Shown: positions 18,558-28,662 of the stretch, piece after piece
Layout: every line of letters begins with the position of its first letter
Position numbering within the stretch: the stretch's first letter is position 1
NCBI GenBank assembly: GCA_937936615.1
Contig: CALDDN010000015.1
Coordinates: 1 to 60,706 of the forward strand
Direction of reading: 5' to 3'
Origin: an uncultured Bacteroidia bacterium
GTDB taxonomy: Bacteria > Bacteroidota > Bacteroidia > J057 > CALDDN01
DNA length: 60,706 nucleotides
Notes under the pieces: model-generated
Databases searched by the model: none
What the model saw: only the letters and a program-made list of their open reading frames with translations
Told to the model about the DNA's origin: nothing
Program-made: the position numbers and the translations under genes

Positions 18558-18590
18558 CTGGCATTTTTGTGTCCGAAAAACAGAGTTGAA

Positions 18591-19787
18591 TCAGGCTCCC
18601 AAGGCTTCTTTTACCCGTTGCGCGGCTTCGCGGAGTTCGACTGCTCCGATGACCTTAAGGCCTGAGGTATTGATGATTTCGGCAGCTTTATCGGCATTGG
18701 TACCCTGCAGGCGTACGATGATGGGTACGTTGATTTCAGGAATGTTCTTGTAGGCTTCAACAACCCCATTGGCCACGCGGTCGCACTGGACAATGCCGCC
18801 AAAAATATTGATGAGTATGGCTTTTACATTGGGGTCTTCCAGGATGATGCGGAAGGCTGCCTCTACGGTTTTGGCATTAGCACCGCCACCTACATCCAGG
18901 AAGTTGGCTGGTTCGCCACCCGAGAGCTTGATCATGTCCATGGTAGCCATCGCCAGGCCGGCCCCATTGACCATACAGCCTACGTTCCCATCGAGTTTGA
19001 TGTAGTTGAGGTGATTTTCACGGGCTTTGGTTTCGAGGGGTTCTTCCTCGGTCAGATCGCGCCAGTCGGCGTACTCGGGATGGCGGTAAGTGGCGTTATC
19101 GTCGATGTCGAATTTGGTATCTACAGCAATGATTCGATCGTCCGATGTTTTGAGCATCGGATTGATTTCAACGAGCGAAGCGTCAGTAGCACGATATACG
19201 TTGTAGAGCTTGTAAATAAAATCGACGGCATTTTTGAAAGCCTGACCTGTCAGGCCCAGTCCAAAGGCAATGCGCCGCGCCTGAAAGGGCCGAAAGCCGA
19301 TCAAGGGATCGACCCATTCTTTAATGATTTTCTCGGGGTGTTTTTCGGCGACTTCCTCAATGTCCATCCCTCCCTCAGATGAAGCCATGATTACATCGCA
19401 GCAGCGCACGCGGTCCAAGGTAATCGAGAGATAAAATTCTTTGGGTTCCGATGCTCCCGGATAGTAGACATCCTGGGCGATCAGCACCTTATGCACTTTT
19501 TTTCCTTCGGGGCCAGTTTGGTGGGTAACAAGCTGCATACCGAGAATTTGGCTGGCTTTCTCCTGCACCTCATCCAAGGATTTGGCGAGCTTGACGCCGC
19601 CGCCTTTGCCCCGACCGCCTGCGTGAATCTGCGCCTTGACGACGAACCATTCCTTGCCGGTGGGATTGGGATAGAGATTACGGGCGGCCTCCATCGCTTC
19701 TTCAACGGTTGTGGCGACGATGCCTTCCTGAATAGGAAGCCCAAAGGACTTGAGGATGTCCTTACCTTGGTATTCGTGCAGTTTCAT
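18591..19787 (-). CDS. sucC: Succinyl-CoA ligase [ADP-forming] beta subunit
   Basis: MKLHEYQGK start, [36 protein letters not shown]; start moved to ATG 19787. Confidence 0.97.
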   Translation of the reverse strand: MKLHEYQGKDILKSFGLPIQEGIVATTVEEAMEAARNLYPNPTGKEWFVVKAQIHAGGRGKGGGVKLAKSLDEVQEKASQILGMQLVTHQTGPEGKKVHKVLIAQDVYYPGASEPKEFYLSITLDRVRCCDVIMASSEGGMDIEEVAEKHPEKIIKEWVDPLIGFRPFQARRIAFGLGLTGQAFKNAVDFIYKLYNVYRATDASLVEINPMLKTSDDRIIAVDTKFDIDDNATYRHPEYADWRDLTEEEPLETKARENHLNYIKLDGNVGCMVNGAGLAMATMDMIKLSGGEPANFLDVGGGANAKTVEAAFRIILEDPNVKAILINIFGGIVQCDRVANGVVEAYKNIPEINVPIIVRLQGTNADKAAEIINTSGLKVIGAVELREAAQRVKEALGA

Positions 19788-19887
19788 GACGGGTTGCGGA
19801 TGGTAAAAATGGTACCGCAAGATAGAAAAAAGCACATTGGAACTACACGCCGCGGGTCAGTACATCGATTTTCGTACCTTTCCCGAT

Positions 19888-21258
19888 ATGAAAGCCTTGG
19901 TTTGTTTTGGCCTGGTTCTGGGCTGCTGGCTGTGTGCGAACTCTGTACTCATAGCTCAGCCGCTCGACTCGCTTCGAATTGACTCCCTGGCCCTGGCACA
20001 AGCTCAGCTGCTGACACGCAAGATCACGCAGGGTGATTTCAAAACACCTGCCCGGCAGATGACGAAACAGATGGCCCAGCTCATTACGGCTGAACGCCTG
20101 GCCCTGATCTGGAAGCAGGTGGGTCTTCAGCTTGGCCGTTTCGACTCGGCGAGTACAACCACCTTCAAGAAAGCCCGAGAGGGCATCCGCATCTTCGAAA
20201 CTCCGCTCTTTTTTGAGCGGGGAGCTTTGGGCCTGCAGCTGAGCCTCAACGATTCGATGCAGATCGCAGGCATTTACTTCACGCCCATGACCGACCCGCG
20301 GGCCAAGTGGAAACTCCCCGACTACGCCAAGCCCGAGCTGTACACCGAGCACGAAGTCGAAATACCCGCCGGTTCCATTCACCTCAAAGGTACCCTGACC
20401 CTGCCCCGCGAACGCAAGGCTCCACCGGTCGTTATCCTGGTTCATGGTTCTGGCCCCAACGACCAGGATGAAAGCATCGGCCCCAACAAACCCTTCAAAG
20501 ACCTGGCCGTGGGGCTAGCCACCGCCGGTATCGGCAGCCTGCGATACGACAAGCGTACCTTTGCCCACGCCGAGGAACTACTCAACCGACAGCCCGATTA
20601 CACCGTCCGCGACGAGGTACTCGACGACGTGAAGGCCGTTTACGAATACCTGACCAAGACCTACCGCAAGGAAATCGGTGCCATTTACATTCTTGGCCAC
20701 AGCTTGGGCGGCCTGCTGATGCCCCGAATCGCCGCCGACCTGCCGCAAGCAAGGGGATTGATCCTGCTGGCGGCTCCCGCTCGACCCCTCGAAGACCTGA
20801 TCATCGAACAGAACCGTTACCTGATGACAATTGATTCCCTGCCGCTCGATTCGACGCAGCAGGCGCAACTCAACGAAATCGCAACAGCCCGCGATCGCGT
20901 CAAGGAACTGACAGCCGGTGGACGACTCGACCCCGACGAGAAACCGCCTTTTGGGCTGCCAGTTTCCTACTGGCGCGATTTGGCCCAAAACCCGCCCCTG
21001 CAAGGGATAAAATCGTTTGGCAGGCGACCGGTATTACTGCTTCAGGGTGGCAGAGACTTTCAGGTAACGACTCGTGATTTTGAATTGTGGCAAAAAGCCC
21101 TGGCCAACCGTCCGGCTACGACTTTTCACCTGATGCCCTTCCATAATCACCTATTTATGGCTGGCATCGGAAGCAGCCGACCCGAGGAATACCTGCAGCC
21201 CGATCACGTGGGCTGGGATGTGATTCAATACATCGCTCGCTGGATCGATCAACACTAA
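19888..21258 (+). CDS. Secreted alpha/beta hydrolase with N-terminal DUF3887-like domain
   Basis: Signal peptide from ATG 19888; HGSGPND, RYDKR, GHSLG nucleophile elbow, RDFQV (Asp), NHLF (His). Confidence 0.85.
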   Translation: MKALVCFGLVLGCWLCANSVLIAQPLDSLRIDSLALAQAQLLTRKITQGDFKTPARQMTKQMAQLITAERLALIWKQVGLQLGRFDSASTTTFKKAREGIRIFETPLFFERGALGLQLSLNDSMQIAGIYFTPMTDPRAKWKLPDYAKPELYTEHEVEIPAGSIHLKGTLTLPRERKAPPVVILVHGSGPNDQDESIGPNKPFKDLAVGLATAGIGSLRYDKRTFAHAEELLNRQPDYTVRDEVLDDVKAVYEYLTKTYRKEIGAIYILGHSLGGLLMPRIAADLPQARGLILLAAPARPLEDLIIEQNRYLMTIDSLPLDSTQQAQLNEIATARDRVKELTAGGRLDPDEKPPFGLPVSYWRDLAQNPPLQGIKSFGRRPVLLLQGGRDFQVTTRDFELWQKALANRPATTFHLMPFHNHLFMAGIGSSRPEEYLQPDHVGWDVIQYIARWIDQH

Positions 21259-21269
21259 GCCGAATAAAA

Positions 21270-22856
21270 ATGACCGACATCCCTCCCATTGCAGCTTCAG
21301 GCTCGCGACTGCGAATCCGAAACGCCGAGCAGCGCGACTTGCAGGCCATCCGCGAATTGAGTGCCCGAGCCTATCCGGCTATGGAACCCTACTCGCTGGA
21401 CATGATCCGCGGCCACCTCAATCACTTTCCCGAGGGGCAGTTTGTCGTCGAATACGATGGCCGGATTGTGGGCTACTGTGCCACCTTTATTGTATCGGGG
21501 CAGCAGTGCCTCCAACCCCACACCTGGAAAGCAATAACCGGTAATGGATTTGCTTCGCGGCATAATCCCCGAGGCGATTACCTCTACGGCATGGAAATTT
21601 GCGTCGATCCGGCGTTCCGGAACCAGCGCATCGGCCAGCGGCTCTACAGTGCCCGCAAGAAACTCTGCCAGCGGCTCCACCTGAAGGGCATTGTGGTGGG
21701 TGGACGCATTCCGCGGCTGGCCCGTAACCTGCGTCGTTTTGGCTCGCCCGAAGCCTATGTGGAAGCGGTAGACCAGAAACGCTTTCGCGATCCCACCCTC
21801 AGTTTTCAACTGCGCAATGGTTTCGAAGTACTGGGGGTGCTGCGGGATTACCTGCCCGCCGACAAAGAGTCGCTGGGCCACGCCGTGCACCTGCTCTGGC
21901 GCAACCCCGAGGCCCAGGACATGCCCGAAGCGCATGCCGGCCAGCCGCAGGCCGCAGGAACCGCGCCGCGCATGGTCGATCAGATCCGCGTGGCCTGTAT
22001 TCAGTACCAGCAACGCAAGGTCGACTCTTTTATCGAATTCTGCCACAACGTCGAATACTTTGTCGATGTCGTAGCCGACTACCGCTGCGATTTCGTCTGT
22101 TTTCCCGAATATGTTACGATGCAGCTTCTTTCGATCGACAATCAAAAACAGGAACCGCGACAAGCCATTCGTTCGCTTGCCGAATATACCGACCGGTATG
22201 TTGCATTCATGACCGATCTGGCCATCCGATACAACATTCACATTGTCGGAGGAACCCATCCCATACCTGCAGCCGATGGCGAAGGGGTCGAAAACATGGC
22301 GTTCATTTTTCTGCGTGACGGTTCGGTGCATTTGCAGGCCAAAATTCATGCGACCCCCGATGAGGCATACTGGTGGAACGTGCGAGGGGGCAGCCGCCTC
22401 GAAGCCATCGATACGGACTGCGGCCCTATTGGCGTGCTTGTGTGCTACGATTCAGAGTTCCCCGAACTGGCCCGCCACCTCGTCAACCAAGGCGCACAGA
22501 TTATTTTTGTGCCTTTTTGCACCGCCGAGCGGCAGGGCTACCTGCGGGTACGCTACTGTTCGCATGCTCGGGCAGTCGAGAATCAGATTTACGTAGCCCT
22601 GGCAGGCAACGTAGGCAATCTTCCGGGGGTCGAAAACATGGATATTCAATATGCGCAAAGCTGTATCCTGACCCCCTGCGATTTCATGTTTGCCCGCGAC
22701 GGTATCGCCGCCGATACCACCCCCAATGTTGAGATGATAGCCATCGCCGACCTGCGACCCGAAAGCCTCTTTCGAGCCCGAAACAGCGGTGCAGTTCGCA
22801 ACCTTAAAGACCGCCGGTACGACCTCTATTCGGTGAGCTGGCACGGACGGGATTAA
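21270..22856 (+). CDS. Bifunctional GNAT acetyltransferase / carbon-nitrogen hydrolase
   Basis: N-terminal GNAT (VDPAFRNQRIGQRLY); C-terminal nitrilase fold with Glu-Lys-Cys triad (FPEY, QAKIH, VCYDSEFPE). Confidence 0.9.
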   Translation: MTDIPPIAASGSRLRIRNAEQRDLQAIRELSARAYPAMEPYSLDMIRGHLNHFPEGQFVVEYDGRIVGYCATFIVSGQQCLQPHTWKAITGNGFASRHNPRGDYLYGMEICVDPAFRNQRIGQRLYSARKKLCQRLHLKGIVVGGRIPRLARNLRRFGSPEAYVEAVDQKRFRDPTLSFQLRNGFEVLGVLRDYLPADKESLGHAVHLLWRNPEAQDMPEAHAGQPQAAGTAPRMVDQIRVACIQYQQRKVDSFIEFCHNVEYFVDVVADYRCDFVCFPEYVTMQLLSIDNQKQEPRQAIRSLAEYTDRYVAFMTDLAIRYNIHIVGGTHPIPAADGEGVENMAFIFLRDGSVHLQAKIHATPDEAYWWNVRGGSRLEAIDTDCGPIGVLVCYDSEFPELARHLVNQGAQIIFVPFCTAERQGYLRVRYCSHARAVENQIYVALAGNVGNLPGVENMDIQYAQSCILTPCDFMFARDGIAADTTPNVEMIAIADLRPESLFRARNSGAVRNLKDRRYDLYSVSWHGRD

Positions 22857-22862
22857 ATCCGC

Positions 22863-23558
22863 TCAAGCTGCTCCAAAGGCCACTTCCCAGCCCTTGGCCC
22901 GCAGGCGACAGGCATCGCAGACGCCACAGCCATAGCCCCACGGATGTCGCGTCGTTCGATCGCCTGCATAACAGGTGTGGCTCAAATCACGCACTACATC
23001 CAGGCAGCCCAGCTGGTCGGCCAAAAGCCAGGTCTGGGCTTTGTCCAGAAGCATCAAAGGGGTATGAATCATGAAATCGAAAGCGAAGCCCAGGCGCAAC
23101 GTTTGTTCGGCAGCCTCGATAAAATCCCGTCGGCAGTCGGGGTAGCCCGAGTAGTCGGATTGGGACATGCCTCCCACAATGTGCTGTGCGTTCAGTCGAC
23201 GAGCCAGAATGGCCGCCAGTGCCAGAAACAGCAGGTTTCGGCCAGGCACAAACGTAGCCGGTGGCTGCAGGCTGCCCGCCGGGCTGGCTTCCAGAGGCAA
23301 TTCCGATTGTGTCAGGCTGTTGGTTGCCCAGAGCTGGCTCAGGTCCAGAGCCTGTTCCACGAGCAATACCTCGGCCTGGCGGGCAATTTCACGGGCCTGG
23401 TCAGCTTCGACGGCATGCCGCTGGCCGTAGTGAATGAACAGAGCCGTTACAGCCTCAAAGCGTTCCTTGGCCCAGTAGAGGCAGGTGGTCGAGTCCTGCC
23501 CACCGCTGAACAGTACGACGACCTGCTCGTGGGGTTCGAGCGACTGATTAGGCATCAA
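22863..23558 (-). CDS. queC: 7-cyano-7-deazaguanine synthase
   Basis: FSGGQDSTTC, YGQRH, FVPGRNLLF, GYPDCR, TCY...CGVCDAC zinc site. Confidence 0.96.
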   Translation of the reverse strand: MMPNQSLEPHEQVVVLFSGGQDSTTCLYWAKERFEAVTALFIHYGQRHAVEADQAREIARQAEVLLVEQALDLSQLWATNSLTQSELPLEASPAGSLQPPATFVPGRNLLFLALAAILARRLNAQHIVGGMSQSDYSGYPDCRRDFIEAAEQTLRLGFAFDFMIHTPLMLLDKAQTWLLADQLGCLDVVRDLSHTCYAGDRTTRHPWGYGCGVCDACRLRAKGWEVAFGAA

Positions 23559-24301
23559 TTTAAGGGAGTCAAGGTTTTCAAATGCTGTTCAATGGCCTGA
23601 ATGGATCGCTCGCGCAACTTGGGCAGATCGGCTTCGGTCAGGCCCTTGGTTTCGATGGCCGGTTCGATGAACACATCCACCCGAACAAAGGGCTGCATGA
23701 GAAACTTGCCGTCGTTGCTCAGCGCACGGTTCGAACGCAGGATGGCTACCGGAACCAGAGGCAGGCCATTATCCAACGCCAGTTTGAAGGCACCATCACG
23801 CACCGGACCCAACTGGTGGTCGTATGGCTGTTTGGTGGTTCCCTCGGGAAATATGAACAAGTTATCGCCTCCCTTGATTCGGCGGTCGGCTTCCTGCATG
23901 CTGCGGGCGCGGCCCTGCTTGCTGTCGCGATCGACCATGATGTGCAAGCGGGCATACATGTAGCCAAAAAGAGGCACCTTGGTCAGTTCGGCCTTTCCGA
24001 TGAAGCGAAAGGTACGCGGCAAGGCTACATGCGAAATGGGAATGTCGAAATAGCTCCGGTGGTTGGCGATAAACACCACCCCCTGACCCGCTGGCAAACG
24101 CCCCTTGCGGTGGACCCGCACCCATGTCAGAGCCGCTGCCAGCACTACATACGCCCAGAGCGTGTTGAGACGGTGGGCCAGCGAATGGGTCAGCCGAGTA
24201 TCGAATTGCAGCAGCACAAAATGCAGAGGAAAGATCAAGAGGAAAAAACCGAAGAACCACAGACCCACCCACAGGCTCCAGATGCGTTTCAGTGCAGCCA
24301 T
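23555..24301 (-). CDS. plsC: 1-acyl-sn-glycerol-3-phosphate acyltransferase
   Basis: NHRSYFD (HX4D), FPEGT, GAFKLA. Confidence 0.85.
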   Translation of the reverse strand: MAALKRIWSLWVGLWFFGFFLLIFPLHFVLLQFDTRLTHSLAHRLNTLWAYVVLAAALTWVRVHRKGRLPAGQGVVFIANHRSYFDIPISHVALPRTFRFIGKAELTKVPLFGYMYARLHIMVDRDSKQGRARSMQEADRRIKGGDNLFIFPEGTTKQPYDHQLGPVRDGAFKLALDNGLPLVPVAILRSNRALSNDGKFLMQPFVRVDVFIEPAIETKGLTEADLPKLRERSIQAIEQHLKTLTPLN

Positions 24302-24304
24302 GGC

Positions 24305-25561
24305 TCAATCGTACTTGCGGGGTCTAAACCAGGGTTCGACGAAACTGAGACCGAAGTAAAAGCGCAGGTTCTGCTCCTGAATCAAGCCGCCTGAGGTGGT
24401 GCCACGCCGGTTCCATTCCACACCGATATGCAGACGCGAGACGGTCTGGTAGCTGATAGGTATGCCGAGTCCGCCCGTCAGGCCCCATTGGTTGATGGCT
24501 TGATCCTGAAGCTGGACGTATGTTTGTTCGTAGTAAGCACCGGCGCGGTAGGCCAGACGCTTCCAAAGCTGGCGATAGGCGAGGTAATCGGGCATGTACT
24601 CCCCACCAAGGGCGACGCGCTGCCAGACCCGCAGGCTCCGGCGTTCGGCCGTTTCACCGAATGCCGACCAGTCTTGCCGCAGGTAATCGAGCGCGACAGT
24701 GTATTTGCCAACTTTCTGGACGCTCAGCCCGACTCCCCAGCGCGTGGGCAGAATGGCCGACCGGCGGGTATCAGGAACAAGGGTATCCATACCCTGGGGC
24801 GTTTCGAACCGGGTCAGATCGCGGATAGCGAGGTTGGGAAGGCTTTCCATCGTCAGACCGATACGCCCGACGGTCTCCTTGCCTATCCACTTGAGCGAGT
24901 CGTTTGCAAGGATACCAAGTCGATAGCCTGCTCCCTGATACCGCAAATCCGAAAGTACGCCGACGGCCTCAAATCGACCCACTTGCGTGAACCACTGCCT
25001 ACTGACACTGCCGAACAGGTAGTTGATCTGGGCACCGGTACTGAGTCGCCCCTTGAAAAACTGGTAGGCGACACCGGCATAGGATAGGTTCAGGCCGCCG
25101 GAACCCGACCGGTTCGAGCGAAACGGAGTCAAGCCCGTATCGTCAGGCATCGTACGTTCCAGAGCGAAATCATAGCCTACGCCGCTGTAGGGATTGAGAC
25201 CTGCCGTAAAAGCCAGTGGAGTTGTTTTTTTAAAAACCAAGTTCATACCTCCCAGGCCGGCGTTTTCGAGTCGCGTTTGTGCGGCATCGGTTCGAAGCCG
25301 AGTATTTTGGTAGAAAGCGTAAAAATCAAATGTAAATCTGAACGTTTCGGCTGCCGATGCAGGATTGGCGGCGTTGAGATTAGCTGGCTCAGAAATTGCC
25401 TGACCAATGCGGGCCATACCCACCTGACGTATGCCCGCTGGCACAATTAAATCGCCGACTCCAAAAGCACTGTAGGGACTCGTCGAGGTCTTCGACTGGC
25501 CCAAGCCCAGCACCGGAAGCCAGGCAAGCAGCACCCAGATGAGGAAACCGTCCTTACGCAT
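24305..25561 (-). CDS. Outer-membrane beta-barrel protein (FadL/Toluene_X-like)
   Basis: Signal peptide from ATG 25561; SPYSAFGVGD, NPAS, PYS.VGY, GSGGLN, YRAG.YY, amphipathic strands, terminal WF.PRKYD. Confidence 0.7.
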   Translation of the reverse strand: MRKDGFLIWVLLAWLPVLGLGQSKTSTSPYSAFGVGDLIVPAGIRQVGMARIGQAISEPANLNAANPASAAETFRFTFDFYAFYQNTRLRTDAAQTRLENAGLGGMNLVFKKTTPLAFTAGLNPYSGVGYDFALERTMPDDTGLTPFRSNRSGSGGLNLSYAGVAYQFFKGRLSTGAQINYLFGSVSRQWFTQVGRFEAVGVLSDLRYQGAGYRLGILANDSLKWIGKETVGRIGLTMESLPNLAIRDLTRFETPQGMDTLVPDTRRSAILPTRWGVGLSVQKVGKYTVALDYLRQDWSAFGETAERRSLRVWQRVALGGEYMPDYLAYRQLWKRLAYRAGAYYEQTYVQLQDQAINQWGLTGGLGIPISYQTVSRLHIGVEWNRRGTTSGGLIQEQNLRFYFGLSFVEPWFRPRKYD

Positions 25562-26333
25562 GGGCTTTGACAGTGCTGGCCAGGTGGTAAATGCCTTCCA
25601 TGACCAGGTGCATTTCGAGGCGATGGACGGCATCTACGTGCTGCGAGACCCACTCGGCACCGCCTCCGGTCAAAAAGACAGTCAATCGGTCGCCCGCCAG
25701 TTTGCGGTAACGACGAACCATGCCCTCGATTTCGCAGACAGTACCAAATTGCACCCCCGACCGGATGCAGTCCACAGTCGTGGAACCGACCAAGTCCACC
25801 TCGTCCTGATGCTTGACCAGAGGCAGGCGCGAGGTATATTGATGCAATGAGCGAAAGCGCAGGTTCATGCCTGGCGAAATGCCACCTCCCAGGTAGTTGT
25901 TTTCCGCATCCACGTAGTCGTAAGTTACGGCAGTACCAATATCAACGACAAGCAAGGGTTCCGTGGGTTCATGCAGACGGGCACCCACAACTGCCGCGTA
26001 ACGATCTGATCCTAAGGTTGCCGGCGAACGATAGGCATTGCGTACCGGCCCCGGAGTGCTACCCGTTATCTCTATGGCCCTGATCTGTTGCAGCAGACTC
26101 GGTTCCAGAATTCGGTTCATCTGACGGGCGTTCACGTTAGTGTAGGCCAGGGTATCTACCTGGTACTTGTCCACCCAGAACGAGAGGTAAGCCCCAATGT
26201 AGTCGGTAAAGGTCAGCAGTTTGACCCATTCGAGCTTTTCACCCAGAAAAAGGCCCGCTTTGATGCGGCTGTTTCCGATATCTAGAGCAATAAGGCGCAT
26301 GTTTCGACTGGTCGAACGCTCCAAGGCAGGCAT
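25554..26333 (-). CDS. coaX: Type III pantothenate kinase
   Basis: LDIGNSRIK, LGSDR, VDIGTAVT, GGGISPG, LTGGG; start at ATG 26333 or 26300; TATCTTTG box at 26344-26351. Confidence 0.93.
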   Translation of the reverse strand: MPALERSTSRNMRLIALDIGNSRIKAGLFLGEKLEWVKLLTFTDYIGAYLSFWVDKYQVDTLAYTNVNARQMNRILEPSLLQQIRAIEITGSTPGPVRNAYRSPATLGSDRYAAVVGARLHEPTEPLLVVDIGTAVTYDYVDAENNYLGGGISPGMNLRFRSLHQYTSRLPLVKHQDEVDLVGSTTVDCIRSGVQFGTVCEIEGMVRRYRKLAGDRLTVFLTGGGAEWVSQHVDAVHRLEMHLVMEGIYHLASTVKAHA

Positions 26334-26376
26334 TTTTGGCAAACAAAGATAAGGAAAGGATTCGGGCAGGCAGCTA

Positions 26377-27576
26377 TCAGGCCCAATCTGCAACGCTGTG
26401 AACCGCGTCGCGCTCGGGGCTGACCGAAACCCAAGCAACTGGGCAACCTAGCTGGAGCCTTAGAAAATCGACGAAGCGGCAGGCCGGTTCGCTCAGTTGC
26501 TCACGGTCGTTCTCAGGATTCCAGCCCCCAAACCGGTGCCACTGGCCGTCGACTCCCAAAGTCTGAAATTCAGGCAGCTGCGCAATCACATCTACTTTCG
26601 TCAAGGCCAGATGCGTTACACCATTGAGGCGGATGGCTTGGCGCAGCAGCGGTAAATCGAGCCAGCCACAGCGTCGAGGCCGGCCTGTTGTCGATCCGAA
26701 CTCATGGCCCAGCCGTTGCAGGCGGTCGGCCTGCTCCCCGTGCAGTTCGGTCGGAAATGGCCCGTTACCCACACGGGTGGCGTAAGCTTTGAACACCCCC
26801 AGCACGCGTCGGATGGCTTGTGGGGGCAGACCTAGACCGAGACAGGCTGAAGCCGACAGGGTATGGGAACTTGTTACGAAGGGGTAGTCGCCGAAATCGA
26901 TATCCAAGCGCGTACCCTGTGCCCCTTCAGCCAGAATGTCGGCACCCGCATCATGCCAGTCAAGCAGAGCCTCTTCGACAGGTCGGATATCAAGCTGACT
27001 CAGACACTGGCAAGCAGCCCAAAAGGCCTCCAAGTCTTCGGCAGGTGGGTGCAGCTCAGATGGCAGGTGGTCGAGGTGGCGTTGGAGGCCCGATTCAATG
27101 CGATGGCGGTAGTCAGCGGCCAGCAGGTCGCCCAGGCGCAGTCCTTCACGGGCATACTTATCCACATAGGCTGGGCCAATACCCCGTAAAGTACTGCCAA
27201 TACGGGCTTCCCCTTTGGCATCTTCCGATAGGCGATCGAGCAACCGATGCGTCGGCAAGATCAGATGGGCTTTGTCCGAAAGCCAGAGCCGGTCGCGCCA
27301 TGCTACGCCCAAGCCATCGAGGGCTGTGATTTCGGTATAAAATGTAATGGGATCGATGATGACACCGTTACCAATGACGCAGATCACCTCTTCATGGAAT
27401 ATGCCGGACGGAATTTGGTGCAGCACATGCCTGACACCATTTCGGTAGAGGGTGTGTCCGGCATTGGGTCCGCCTTGAAAGCGAGCTACACACCGGTAGG
27501 CAGCACTCAGGCGATCAACCAGCTTGCCTTTGCCCTCATCTCCCCACTGGAGACCCAGTACTACATCCAGAGGCAT
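26377..27576 (-). CDS. purA: Adenylosuccinate synthase
   Basis: GLQWGDEGKGK, GGPNAGHT, EGAQG, YPFVTSS, EFGSTTGRPRRCGWLD. Confidence 0.96.
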   Translation of the reverse strand: MPLDVVLGLQWGDEGKGKLVDRLSAAYRCVARFQGGPNAGHTLYRNGVRHVLHQIPSGIFHEEVICVIGNGVIIDPITFYTEITALDGLGVAWRDRLWLSDKAHLILPTHRLLDRLSEDAKGEARIGSTLRGIGPAYVDKYAREGLRLGDLLAADYRHRIESGLQRHLDHLPSELHPPAEDLEAFWAACQCLSQLDIRPVEEALLDWHDAGADILAEGAQGTRLDIDFGDYPFVTSSHTLSASACLGLGLPPQAIRRVLGVFKAYATRVGNGPFPTELHGEQADRLQRLGHEFGSTTGRPRRCGWLDLPLLRQAIRLNGVTHLALTKVDVIAQLPEFQTLGVDGQWHRFGGWNPENDREQLSEPACRFVDFLRLQLGCPVAWVSVSPERDAVHSVADWA

Positions 27577-27590
27577 AAAACAGCATGAAG

Positions 27591-27620
27591 CAGCGTAGCG
27601 GCTGGCAGGCTGCTACGCTG
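27591..27620. other. Intergenic stem-loop between the STAS gene and purA
   Basis: CAGCGTAGC...GCTACGCTG perfect 9-bp outer stem plus inner pairing. Confidence 0.5.
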
Positions 27621-27668
27621 ATCGACGATGGGTATTAAGAGGCGGATAAGTCTGCTCAAGCAGAGGGT

Positions 27669-28028
27669 TTAGATTTTCTGAAAATGCTTGAGAGCCTCGT
27701 CACGCGTATTGAATATAGTAAAGACCGAAGTTAACTTAGTGATTGTCAACAGATTGACGATATTTTCTGATGGGCTGCAAATTACCAGCTCGCCACCCTT
27801 GGCCCGTACCTTGGTATAGAGGGTGATGAACACCCCTAAACCGGTGCTGTTGATGTGCTTGAGCTTTTCCAGATCAATCAGAAAGGAGATCACCCCCTCG
27901 TCGAGGTAGCGGGTAAATTCCGTTTTCAGGTTGACGCGGTCGGTTTCATTGAGCAGGCTTCCCTCCAATTCAAAGACGGCTATCTGGTCGTTCAGCTGGT
28001 GCGTAAAGGTCATTTCCGTTGCCTCCAT
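27669..28028 (-). CDS. STAS-domain anti-sigma factor antagonist
   Basis: IDLEKLKHINSTGLGVF with phosphorylatable Ser; LLTITKL; start at ATG 28028; TATATTTG box at 28081-28088. Confidence 0.9.
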   Translation of the reverse strand: MEATEMTFTHQLNDQIAVFELEGSLLNETDRVNLKTEFTRYLDEGVISFLIDLEKLKHINSTGLGVFITLYTKVRAKGGELVICSPSENIVNLLTITKLTSVFTIFNTRDEALKHFQKI

Positions 28029-28170
28029 GTGATGCGATATTCGGGTTCTAATCTTGAAAAACCCTTCTTGGTTTATGCAGCAAATATAGAAGCTGAATGC
28101 TGTTGTTTGCAGCTCCAATGGTTGAAGGAGGCAATTATCCCGACCAAATTCGGGACAGCAAACGCCAAGC

Positions 28171-28656
28171 TCAGGACTGTGGCAGGCGGTCAGGACATTC
28201 GGGTTTCTGGCAGTTGCCGTAAAAAACAAGGCTGTGCTGCACGATTTTACTTTGAAACAGCTGGCCTACCGTATCCTGAATTTCAGCCATGCGCGGATCG
28301 CAGAATTCCATGACCTTGCTGCAGTCGAGGCAGATCAAGTGGTGATGCTGACGAAAGCCATAGGCTTTCTCGTAACGGGCCTGTTGGTTGCCAAACTGGT
28401 GCTTGATCACCAGCCGCGAATCAACGAGTAAATCGAGGGTGTTGTACACCGTAGCTCGGCTTACACGATAGCCATTGGCTTTCATCTCCATGTAAAGCGA
28501 CTCGACATCGAAGTGGTCGTTGCGACTGTAAATCTCTTCCAGGATCGCAAAGCGTTCCACCGTTTTGCGGTGGTTGTGCTGGTCGAGCCACCGTGAAAAT
28601 GCGTCTTTGGCCTCCTGGAGTTTGCTTTCGCGCAGGGTTTCGGGGTGTTCGGGCAT
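28171..28656 (-). CDS. fur: Fur-family transcriptional regulator
   Basis: VSRATVYNTLDLL, HHHLICLDC, C-terminal Cys pair. Confidence 0.93.
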   Translation of the reverse strand: MPEHPETLRESKLQEAKDAFSRWLDQHNHRKTVERFAILEEIYSRNDHFDVESLYMEMKANGYRVSRATVYNTLDLLVDSRLVIKHQFGNQQARYEKAYGFRQHHHLICLDCSKVMEFCDPRMAEIQDTVGQLFQSKIVQHSLVFYGNCQKPECPDRLPQS

Positions 28657-28662
28657 GTTGGC

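Noticed and set aside
18591-19787. sucC without an adjacent sucD
   Set aside because: Separated sucC and sucD genes are common in Bacteroidota
21270-23558. Nitrilase-fold gene next to queC as a 7-deazaguanine (preQ0) modification system
   Set aside because: The genes are convergent, queC ends a housekeeping run, and no dpdA/tgt, queD, queE or folE gene is in the window
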